The notes beneath the pieces are model-generated. The model worked only from the letters and a program-made list of their open reading frames with translations. It was not told the DNA's origin and made no database searches. This document shows, one piece after another, positions 23,538-31,750 of a stretch of 64,000 nucleotides of DNA (within the stretch, counting starts at the first letter, position 1; each line of letters starts with the position of its first letter). The stretch comes from an uncultured delta proteobacterium (lineage in GTDB: Bacteria; Myxococcota_A; Polyangia; Polyangiales; Polyangiaceae), in NCBI GenBank assembly GCA_963850305.1, contig CAWKKR010000008.1, positions 1,504,001 through 1,568,000 on the forward strand, in the 5' to 3' direction. The translations under genes and the position numbers were made by a program.

Positions 23538-24020
23538 TTCACCCGTCGTGAGCGGCAGTTCACCCGACGTGAGCGGCGCATCGGACGTCGTGAGCGGCGG
23601 TTCACCCCGCGAGCGAAGGGCTTCGTGCGACGTGAGCAGCGTTTCACCCCGCGAGCGAAGCGGTTCGTGCGTCGTGAGCAGCGGCTCACCCCGCGAGTGA
23701 AGGGCTTCGTGCGAAGTGAGCGGCAGTTCACCCGACGTGAGCGGCGCATCGGACGTCGTGAGCGGCGGTTCACCTCGCGAGCGAAGCGGTTAGTGTGATG
23801 TGAGCAATGGTTCACCCCGCGAGCGAAGCGGTTCGTGCGACGTGAGCGACGGTTCACCCGACGTGAGCGGCGCATCGGACGTCGTGAGCGGCGGTTCACC
23901 CCGCGAGCGAAGCGGTTCGTGCGACGTGAGCAATGGTTCACCCCGCGAGCGAAGCGGTTCGTGCGACGTGAGCGACGGTTCACCCCGCGAGCGAAGCGGT
24001 TCGTGCGTCGTGAGCGACGG
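23538..24020. repeat. 21-bp-period minisatellite, 23 units of four alternating types
   Basis: Unit types: TTCACCCCGCGAGCGAAGCGG, TTCGTGCGACGTGAGCGACGG, TTCACCCGACGTGAGCGGCGC, ATCGGACGTCGTGAGCGGCGG. Preceded by a 15-bp tandem duplication (GTCTTGCCCCGGAAG x2, 23497-23526). Confidence 0.95.
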
Positions 24021-24025
24021 TTCAC

Positions 24026-24042
24026 TCGATTTACCTACGCGC
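24026..24042 (+). mobile_element. IS91/ISCR oriIS-like terminal motif (copy 1)
   Basis: TCGATTTACCTACGCGC, identical to the 3' end of the 60-bp repeats at 38523-38582 and 56015-56074. Confidence 0.6.
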
Positions 24043-24099
24043 ACCCACGGAGAAGCCGGATGAACCGGAAATTCTTACGACCGCAATTCGGCCGCCAGG

Positions 24100-24575
24100 C
24101 GAATCTCCTTCACTCGAGCACGTGAATCCCGGCACGGTGGCGGGGGCGGCGCACGAGCTAGTCGAGCACCGATTCGAGAAGGCGGGGGTCCGCCTGGAGT
24201 TCACGATCGATCCCCATCTTCCTGACGTCGCGTGCGACCCGCGCCTGCTGGAACAGGTGCTCATCAACCTTCTTCTCAATGCCTGCGACGCCTGCGAGCC
24301 GGGCGGGCTGGTCGAGCTTCTGATACGAGCCGACAGCGAACGAGTTGGATTCGTCGTTACCGACGATGGCGTCGGCATCACTCCGGAAGCCGCCGCTAGA
24401 GCGGCGGAACCCTTTTTTACGACCAAGGCCGGCGGCAAAGCGACCGGCCTCGGGCTCGCGATTGCTACCGAGATCGTCAAGCATCACGGCGGAGACTTGT
24501 CGATCGCCCCTAGGCAATCGAATCCTGGGGACGCGCGCCTACGTCGAGCTGCCGGTGGCAAAGGAAACCGTATGA
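24100..24575 (+). pseudogene. 5'-truncated histidine kinase (HATPase_c only), frameshift near 24528
   Basis: QVLINLLLNACDA, DDGVGI, EPFFTTK, TGLGLAI; the tail GTRAYVELP is in another frame; no H-box. Confidence 0.8.
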
Positions 24576-24666
24576 CGACGACCAAAAGGTCGTCCCAACC
24601 AATCGGCTTGGTCCCGGCCGGATCGGAGGCGCTACAGCCGAGGGCGAGCGTCGCAGCGGCAGCGAG

Positions 24667-25341
24667 TCAAAGGCACTGCGGAAGGTACGAGCAATCGTGC
24701 GCGACGTCGTCCATCGTGCACACCATCCCGGCGTCCCCGCAGTCGAGGTTACTCACGCACTGATCGGCAGCCGACTGGCACGCGAACCCCGTCTTCAAAT
24801 CGTGGCAACCTGAAAGGAACGAGTAGCTGAGACACAGCAAACCCGTGCCGCAATCCGCGTCCACGGCGCAACTCGCGGTTACGCACTCATTGCCGTGGCT
24901 TCCGCAGAGACAGAGCTGGCCCGCGCCGCAGTCCGCGTCACGAATGCAACCGGAGTCGCAGTAGCATCCGGCGAAATTGCAGTAGGCATTGGGCGTAGTC
25001 GAGCAGTCTGCGTCCGTGGCGCATTCCCCGGACTCGACGCCCGCGTCGGTGAGACTGAATGGACAGCGCGTTTGAGTCGACTCGACGGGCGCGCAATCGA
25101 CGCGGGAAGTGCGATGGAGACTCCCGCCGCCGCAGGACGCAAACCCTCGCGCACTCGGCGAATCGCCGCGACACCGCGCCGGAGCGGAACCGCCCGTCCC
25201 CGCCGCGCCCCCGTCGCTTCTGACGATGCCGCCCGTGCCGAGGCCACCGCCGCCTGTGCCGCCGGTCCCCGAAGGTCGCCCCACTTTTCCCGAGGCTCCA
25301 CCTTCGCCGCTTGCTCCCTCGCCGCCCTCTGGCGAAGCCAG
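24667..25341 (-). pseudogene. Gly-rich-linker/Cys-rich secreted protein lacking its signal peptide
   Basis: CATDADC, GCIRDADC, CAVDADC repeats after a Gly-rich linker; no N-terminal signal peptide; abuts the opposite-strand gene. Confidence 0.6.
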
Positions 25342-25354
25342 GCGCCCGCTGGCG

Positions 25355-26080
25355 ATGACGGGCGTCGACGTCGCTCCCATGACGGTGCTCTTCGGGTTCA
25401 TCGCCTTCGCCGTGTCCTCCTTCGTGTGGAAGCGGAAGCCGTTCGCGCGGCTCGTTCCGGTCGACGTTCTCGTCACCGGCGACGCGCTCGACCTGGGCGG
25501 AACGCGGATCGCACGAAGGTGGATCCGGAGGGTCGAGCTGATCCCCGTGTCGAAGCATCTCCCCGTCGTGCGCGTTTCCCGCGCAGCTCTGCCGGACATC
25601 GACGTCGCGGTAGCCGACGTTTCGCGAGGGCACGATCTGCTGAGAGCCCTCGGCTTCGATCCTTCACAGACGAGCGCGACCTACCACGTCGGCTCCCTCA
25701 TGGCCGTGCGCTACTGGTGGACCGTTCCCCTCTTCATCGTAGGTTTCCTGGTGGCCGCCTTCCACGACTTGTACGTCGTCGGGCTCTGCGCCGCTCCGGT
25801 ACTCTTCCTGCTCTTGCTCTGGCCGACCGCGCTCCGCGTCGGTACGGACCAGGTCTCGATCCACTGGCTCTGGATCCGGGAGCGCATAGAGCCACTGACC
25901 ATTCTCCAGGCCGCCCGGTTCGATGAAGGGGGCGGTCGAAATCGAAGGACCGGTGTGAAGCTCGAGCTCGATGACGGGCGAGTCGTCACGCTGCCCATCT
26001 CCAACGAAGAACTCAGCGCGACGGTGGCGGAGAGAATCCAGAGTGTGAAGGACCTGGCGCGGCGCGCGCAGCAAGGCTGA
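25355..26080 (+). CDS. hypothetical membrane protein (possibly truncated)
   Basis: Hydrophobic segments alternate with beta-rich segments; GC-rich third codon positions. Confidence 0.6.
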   Translation: MTGVDVAPMTVLFGFIAFAVSSFVWKRKPFARLVPVDVLVTGDALDLGGTRIARRWIRRVELIPVSKHLPVVRVSRAALPDIDVAVADVSRGHDLLRALGFDPSQTSATYHVGSLMAVRYWWTVPLFIVGFLVAAFHDLYVVGLCAAPVLFLLLLWPTALRVGTDQVSIHWLWIRERIEPLTILQAARFDEGGGRNRRTGVKLELDDGRVVTLPISNEELSATVAERIQSVKDLARRAQQG

Positions 26081-26246
26081 CATCTCCCCGCACCTTGCCG
26101 CGCGAGCGGCTCGGGGACTCTCGGGCAGCTTCGTCTCTCCCACGACGCTCCTTGCATCGGCGCCTTCTCGGTCCGTGTTCTCGAGGCACCCGGTTTACGT
26201 CCATCGAGGACCGAATCTGTGATTGAAGAGGAGCCGGACCTGTAAC

Positions 26247-26540
26247 CAGAGCACCCGGTCGCTCGGTACGCCTCTTCCCCGCCGTATCTCGCCTCTTCCC
26301 CGCCTGGTGCGGCGTCATACGGCGCGGGGATCGCTCGATCCCCGCCGCGTACGCGTGCTTCCCCGCCCGGTAAGGCACGTTACTCGCCCGGTAAGGGTTC
26401 GTACTCGTCGGGGATCGCTCGATGCCCGCTCAGTAAGGCACCATACGCGCTCGGTAAGGCGCGATACGCGGCGGGGAGCTTCGTTACCGTGACGAGGAAG
26501 GTCGCGTACACGCTCGGGGCGGCATCCGACGCGCCGGGTC
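26247..26540. repeat. degenerate 21-bp-period tandem repeat (~14 units), second sequence family
   Basis: Example units: TCGCTCGATCCCCGCCGCGTA, AGGCACGTTACTCGCCCGGTA, AGGCACCATACGCGCTCGGTA. Confidence 0.75.
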
Positions 26541-26607
26541 TTCGCCAGTTCCGACGCAATCCGTCCGGCGCGCGACCGAAGTGAGCTCGTTCGCAAGTGC
26601 ACTGCCG

Positions 26608-27462
26608 ATGCCGTCACTGCTCCACGAAGGGATCATCGCGCTCGTCCGAGAGCGGCCCGAGCTCGCCGCCGAGCTCCTTCGTACGCTCCTCCGCGTTTCA
26701 GTGCCGGCATTCACGGAGGCGCGGCTCGCCGAGGCTTCCTTGAATGACATCGTTCCGACCGAGTACCACGCCGACGCCGTCGTGCTCCTCGTCGAAGACG
26801 AGCCTGTCTTCGGCATCATCCTGGAAGCGCAGCTTCAGATCGACCGCGCCAAGCTTTTCACCTGGCCGGTGTACGCCGCTAGCGCGCGCGCGCGCTACCG
26901 CTGTCCTTTCGTGCTCCTCGTCGTGACCCCGGACGCGGCCACGGCGCGCTGGGCGGCGGACTCCGTAGAGCTCGGTGGTGGCAACCGCTGGGCGCCGTTC
27001 GTCGTCGGCCCCGATGGCGTTCCCGTGATCACGGACGTCGACCACGCGTCCCGCGAGCCCCACCTCGCCGTGCTCTCCGTCATGGCCCACGGCCGAGACG
27101 ACGACGTGAAGACCGCCGTCGCTATCGCCTCCGCCGCTGTCGCCGGTGCCGCAACGCTCCCCGAGCCGCTGCGGATGCTATGCTTCGCCCTCATCGAGTC
27201 CTCTCTCGGCGACGCCGCCAGAAAGTCCTTCGAAATGCTGCCCCAAGCCTATCGTTTCTTCAGCGAAACCCAGCGTCGATTCTTTGCCGAGGGAGAGGCC
27301 AAGGGAGAGGCCAAGGCTCTCCTCCGTGTCCTCGAGCGTCGAGCTCTCGCCATCTCGGACTCGCAGCGCGAACGCATCCTCGCTTGCTCCGACATGGCGA
27401 CACTCGAGAGCTGGCTCGACAAAGCCGTCACCGCCGCGAGCACGGACGAGCTGTTCGTCTGA
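26608..27462 (+). CDS. Rpn/PD-(D/E)XK-like hypothetical protein with DUF4351-like tail
   Basis: MPSLLHE, YHADAVVLL, ILEAQL, and C-terminal EGEAKGEAKALLRVL...CSDMATLESWL. Confidence 0.75.
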   Translation: MPSLLHEGIIALVRERPELAAELLRTLLRVSVPAFTEARLAEASLNDIVPTEYHADAVVLLVEDEPVFGIILEAQLQIDRAKLFTWPVYAASARARYRCPFVLLVVTPDAATARWAADSVELGGGNRWAPFVVGPDGVPVITDVDHASREPHLAVLSVMAHGRDDDVKTAVAIASAAVAGAATLPEPLRMLCFALIESSLGDAARKSFEMLPQAYRFFSETQRRFFAEGEAKGEAKALLRVLERRALAISDSQRERILACSDMATLESWLDKAVTAASTDELFV

Positions 27463-27568
27463 CGGCGGCAAGCGCGCGGTTTCGCCAGATGGATGCGGAG
27501 TTCGGCGCTCGACGGCCAAAGGCACTCGCGGCGCTCTGATCGATCTCGCGTACGCTCCCACGAAGCCG

Positions 27569-28303
27569 ATGTCCGACGCACCTACGCAGGAAGGTCCCCG
27601 CTTTCTCACTGCGCGCTGGGTGCACCTCGCAATGGCGAACTTCGAGGTCGATCCGGACGTGCTGCGGCCGCTCGTGCCCCGGGGGACGGAGCTCGATTTC
27701 TGGGACGGCAAGTGCTTCGTGAGCGTCGTGGGGTTTCAGTTCCTGGACACGCGCGTGCTCGGCATCCCCGTGCTGCTCCACCGGGATTTCCCGGAGGTGA
27801 ACCTGCGCTTCTACGTGAAGCGCGTGGTGAACGGGGAGGCGCGGCGCGGCGTGGTCTTCGTGAAGGAGATCGTGCCGCGGCATGCGCTCGCGCTCGTGGC
27901 GAACGCGCTCTACAACGAGAAGTACGTCGCGCTCCCGATGGAACACGACGACCGCATGGCGGAGAGCCCGCGGACGATCGAATACCGCTGGCGGCACGAC
28001 GGACAATGGTCGCACCTCTCCGCGACCGTCGATGGCGAGCCGTACCTGGCCGGGGAGCAGTCGGAAGAGGCGTTCATCACGGAGCACTATTACGGCTACA
28101 CCGCGCAGCGGGACGGCGGAACGCTGGAGTACCGGGTCGAGCATCCACGATGGAACGTGTGGAACGCGGTCGATCAGGAGCTGGTCTGCGACGTGGCGGC
28201 GGTCTACGGGCCCGCGTTCGCGCCGTTCCTCGCGGGGCCGCCGAGCTCGTGCTTCGTCGCGGACGGCTCGGAGATCGTGGTGCGCCGAGGTCTCAGACTC
28301 TGA
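27569..28303 (+). CDS. DUF2071/YqjF-family protein
   Basis: FLTARWVHL, FPEVNLRFYV, FITEHYYGY, VEHPRW. Confidence 0.88.
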   Translation: MSDAPTQEGPRFLTARWVHLAMANFEVDPDVLRPLVPRGTELDFWDGKCFVSVVGFQFLDTRVLGIPVLLHRDFPEVNLRFYVKRVVNGEARRGVVFVKEIVPRHALALVANALYNEKYVALPMEHDDRMAESPRTIEYRWRHDGQWSHLSATVDGEPYLAGEQSEEAFITEHYYGYTAQRDGGTLEYRVEHPRWNVWNAVDQELVCDVAAVYGPAFAPFLAGPPSSCFVADGSEIVVRRGLRL

Positions 28304-28585
28304 GACGTCGCTCGCGCGTTGTCAGGGTGCGCTGGCGTCGGGCCTGGTGCTGGCATCGGTGGGGGTGACGGTCTTGCCGCCCGAGAAGGCAGGATTGGGC
28401 TCGAGCGCACAGGCGCCGTTCGAACAACGTGGCAACTCCAGCGCCGGACAGCTGCCGCCGCCGCTGAAGTCACAGCCCGCCGCGAAGAAGTCCGGACGGT
28501 ACAACCGGCTGACTCTTGCTCACTTCCAGCACGCGGATGTCGCTGAACGCCGTGACCTTCGTCGATTCGACCACCGTCTTGATCG

Positions 28586-29480
28586 TCACGGTCCCGAGGA
28601 TCGAGCCCCCGCCCCAGGGTACCCGGGCTCCGAGCTCCCGGCCGACAGCGCGTACGTCGGCAACCATCCACCCGGCGGGGAGAGGTCGAGGCGATCAGGC
28701 CTCCGCGACGCACGGCCGGACATGAGGAAGCGCTCCCCGCGGTAAGCCCAGACGCGAAGATCCGCCCACAGGCTGACACCCTCTTCGGTCTCGAGCCGAA
28801 CCTTCGGTGCGCTCCTCTGGGCGACGTACGACTGACCCTTCTTGAGCATTCGGCCCAGGCGGGTGCGTCCGACCTCCGGCCCCGGCAGCAGTCCGTGGCT
28901 CGCGAACCCGTGACTCGGCTTGAAGAACCATTCGTCCCTCGACCGGACGAGCTCGTCCACGTTCTCCTCGCGAACGACGTGTGTCTCGGGGACGTGCGCG
29001 CCGAGAAGCGCGCGCTCTTCGGGCTGGATGCCGAGGTCGGCGTCGCGGACGGGACGAGATAGCCACTCCAGGAGGCGCTTGTCGCTCCTGGTCGCGTACG
29101 TGAAGGGGTTGGGGGCGACGTAGACGCTTCGTGCCGCATACGCAGTGCGCAACGGAGCGAAGCGCTCCGCCTCCCAGAAGAAGTCCGTCGATCGGCTCAC
29201 GACGAAGCCGACCGGTCCCCCCCGGGACGTGAAAGTCCCAGGCGCTGAAGAAGCACGTCTCGGGACGCCGGACGCGGGCGATTGGGGGGCCCCTCGTCGT
29301 GGCTTCCCGCTGCCACGCTTCACTGCTCGTGACTCGATTGAACACGCGAACGAACGCGTCGATCTCGGAGAGCACCGCGTGCGGGATTTCCTGGTGCACG
29401 GGCGCCACCCCGAATCGTTCGGGCACATCGGTCAGGCCGGCTTCTCGCAGTGCGAGGACTAGGTCGTCGAGAAGGGCCAT
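28586..29480 (-). pseudogene. ATP-grasp-like protein, frameshifted and probably internally deleted near 29215
   Basis: N-part (...FFSAWDFH) and C-part (RSTDFFW, PNPFTYATRSDKRLL, WFFKPSHG, DLRVWAY) are in different frames; the middle appears to be missing. Confidence 0.6.
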
Positions 29481-29500
29481 CAACGAATTCCCCGCACTGT

Positions 29501-29556
29501 ACCGAAAATCCCCGTCCCTGACGGCCCGGGGCCCGTCAGCGACCGGGATTTTCGGT
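29501..29556. repeat. long inverted repeat (stem-loop)
   Basis: ACCGAAAATCCC...CTGACGG-CCCGGGGC-CCGTCAG...GGGATTTTCGGT. Confidence 0.8.
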
Positions 29557-29638
29557 GTTAGAGTCAGAGCTGCGCGCGAAGCCGGGGCACGGTGGGAGCA
29601 GGGTGGAGTTCGGTGCGTGTGCGTTTCCGGTACATTTT

Positions 29639-29688
29639 GGCATCGCCAACCGGAGCCTCGCTCGACCGGTCACCGATCGAGAGTGCGG
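29639..29688 (+). repeat. 50-bp dispersed palindromic repeat; inverted copy at 60614-60663
   Basis: GGCATCGCCAACCGGAGCCTCGCTCGACCGGTCACCGATCGAGAGTGCGG, 49/50 identical to the second copy. Confidence 0.88.
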
Positions 29689-29691
29689 TTG

Positions 29692-29793
29692 CCGCGCGCG
29701 CCTGCTCGCGATCCCCCTTACTGGCAGAGCCGTGTCCTACGACGACGACACCACGAACGGTCCGGCCAGATGGGGCTGTTCGAGGAGCATTAG
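29692..29793 (+). mobile_element. probable C-terminal tail of an IS91-family transposase
   Basis: RAPARDPPYWQSRVLRR...QMGLFEEH* resembles the PARxPP tail of IS91/ISCR-type transposases. Confidence 0.5.
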
Positions 29794-29880
29794 ACTAAGG
29801 TCTTGATCGGCCCGCTTCTCTCGGAGAACACCCTTCTCGCAGACGGAGCAGCGGATCTCGTGGGGGGACTTCTTGGCCAT
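29737..29880 (-). pseudogene. truncated zinc-finger antitoxin-like ORF (YgiT/MqsA-like N-terminus)
   Basis: GGAG RBS then MAKKSPHEIRCSVCEKGVLREKR; interrupted by the transposase-tail fragment. Confidence 0.5.
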
Positions 29881-29898
29881 CGCGTAATCTCCCTGCCG

Positions 29899-30078
29899 TC
29901 ACATGATCGTGATCAGGATCACTCGTCTCCCGAGTTGATCCTCGAACGCCTCGACCCCGAAGGTCAACCTTCGCCTCTGGCACTGGTCCCGGAAATGCGG
30001 GTCGATGAGGAACCGCCGAGCCACCAAGGCTTCACGAACCCACTGTAGGGCCTGTGCCGACGTGGTCGGGCCGGGCAT
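29899..30078 (-). pseudogene. internally deleted DUF4258-like toxin ORF
   Basis: ALQWVREAL..RRFLIDPHFRDQCQRRRLTF...RVILITIM; only 59 aa; lies directly upstream of the CxxC ORF. Confidence 0.45.
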
Positions 30079-30391
30079 GTTCTCAGCGCCTGTTTCCGAG
30101 AACCTCGTCGAGGATCGTCGTGAAACGAATTCGTCCCGGCTCCGTTGATTCCTTCCGTCTCGAAAGCGTAGAGAGGACATGGGAACACGAGCGGCCGTCT
30201 ACCTGCGTTGCCGAGGACACACCGACAACCAGGCATTGGCATCTTCTCGTGGGTCGCCCAAGAGCGGCCCGTTGAAGGTTGCAGCCGGGGCCCCGATCAC
30301 TATCCCGAGCCAGTAGCCGCCGTTCGTGAGTTCGCCGTTTACTAATTCTCCCGTCGAGACGGTCTGACTGCTATCGTGAGCTCTCGTGGTC

Positions 30392-31558
30392 ATGAGTGTG
30401 TGCTCCGACCGGATCTCTCATTTGCCGCGCGCCTTCTTCGCTTGCGCACGGACGCCAACGGATTGCGCGAGCCCGCCGGAGTCGTCACTGACGACCAGCG
30501 AACGCTCCGGGCTCGAGGACGGACCGACCGCGCTCGGAAGCTGGGGGCTCGCGATCGTTGCTGCCCTTCGGTCGCGCAGCGTGGACCCGGAGCCGCTCCT
30601 CGCTCGTGCGGGGCTTTCCTTGAACGCGCTAGCCGATCCGAATCGGCGCCATGCGCTCGAGGTGACGACGCATCTGTGGCGGCTCTCGGTGGAGGCGACG
30701 GAAGATCCCGCGTTCGGCATCGAGGTCGCGCGGCACACGACCTACGGGACGTTCCACGCGCTAGGGTTTTCGCTCGCGACGAGCGCGACGTTGCGCGAAG
30801 CGCTCGAGCGCATCGTGCGGTTCTTCGCGCTCGTGACGAACGCGGCGGACATGCGGCTCAGCGACGAGAGCAAGGGACTCTGCGTGACGGTTCACTTGCG
30901 AAAGAACGCCGATCCCGCGGACGAAGCCGTCGATGCCTTCGTGGCCGCGACGGTGCGGCTCTGTCGCTCGCTGTCCGGGCGGGCGTTCACGCCGCTCGGC
31001 GTCGAGCTACGCCGCGTGGCACCGAAGGATCCGGCGCCTTTCATGCGGTATTTTCGCGTGCCCGTCACCTTCGGCGCGCCGCTCGACGCCCTGACGTTCG
31101 ATCGCGCGGTCACTGACGCTCGCCTGCTGACGGCAAATGCCGAGATCGCGCGGGCCAACGACGCGGTCGCAGCAGATCACATCGCGCGGGTCGAGAGCTC
31201 GCGCATCTCGCCGCGGGTGCGACGGGCCATCACGGAGCGACTGCCGCAGGGCGAGCCCGACGCAGCCGCGATCGCGCGCCTGCTCGGCGTGAGCCTGCGC
31301 AGTCTGCAGCGAAAGCTCGCGGACGAAGGCACGACGTTCGCGGGGCTCCTCGACGACACGCGCCAGAGCCTCGGCCGCGACTACCTCGACGCGGGACGTT
31401 ATTCGGTGAGCGAGATCACGTACTTGCTCGGGTTCTCGGGAGTGAGCAGCTTCTCGCACGCCTTCAAGCGGTGGACGGGGCTGAGCCCGAGCGCCTACCG
31501 CGAGACGCGCACGGCGCCGCAGGAAGGCCACTCCTATTCGAGCAGGCGCGACGCCTGA
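30392..31558 (+). CDS. AraC-family transcriptional regulator (start uncertain, may be ~100 bp downstream)
   Basis: SATLREALER, FRVPVTFGA, LGVSLRSLQRKL, LLGFSGVSSFSHAFKRWTG. Confidence 0.92.
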   Translation: MSVCSDRISHLPRAFFACARTPTDCASPPESSLTTSERSGLEDGPTALGSWGLAIVAALRSRSVDPEPLLARAGLSLNALADPNRRHALEVTTHLWRLSVEATEDPAFGIEVARHTTYGTFHALGFSLATSATLREALERIVRFFALVTNAADMRLSDESKGLCVTVHLRKNADPADEAVDAFVAATVRLCRSLSGRAFTPLGVELRRVAPKDPAPFMRYFRVPVTFGAPLDALTFDRAVTDARLLTANAEIARANDAVAADHIARVESSRISPRVRRAITERLPQGEPDAAAIARLLGVSLRSLQRKLADEGTTFAGLLDDTRQSLGRDYLDAGRYSVSEITYLLGFSGVSSFSHAFKRWTGLSPSAYRETRTAPQEGHSYSSRRDA

Positions 31559-31750
31559 CGCCAAAGCTCGCCTCGGTCGACCCCGCGATCCGCCCGCCCG
31601 ATGGGCGAGGCGGGACCGTCGCGCAAGGACAACGAGTTGGCGCGTACGGACCCGCGGAGTGCCGTCCGGGCGACGCCGAAGCCGTGATCGTCTTTGGCTC
31701 GACGCCCTCGGAAGACGCCTTTAGGGTACGCTTCGCCGATTCCTCATCAA

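Noticed and set aside
23538..24020. CRISPR array, or an Arg-rich protein from the ORFs spanning the repeat
   Set aside because: Units are contiguous with no unique spacers and no cas genes are present. The ORFs in several frames are by-products of a 21-bp GC-rich repeat, and one + frame has an internal stop.
29480..29505. tRNA 3'-end att site before the stem-loop
   Set aside because: No T-loop GTTCGA or CCA end, and no integrase in the window.
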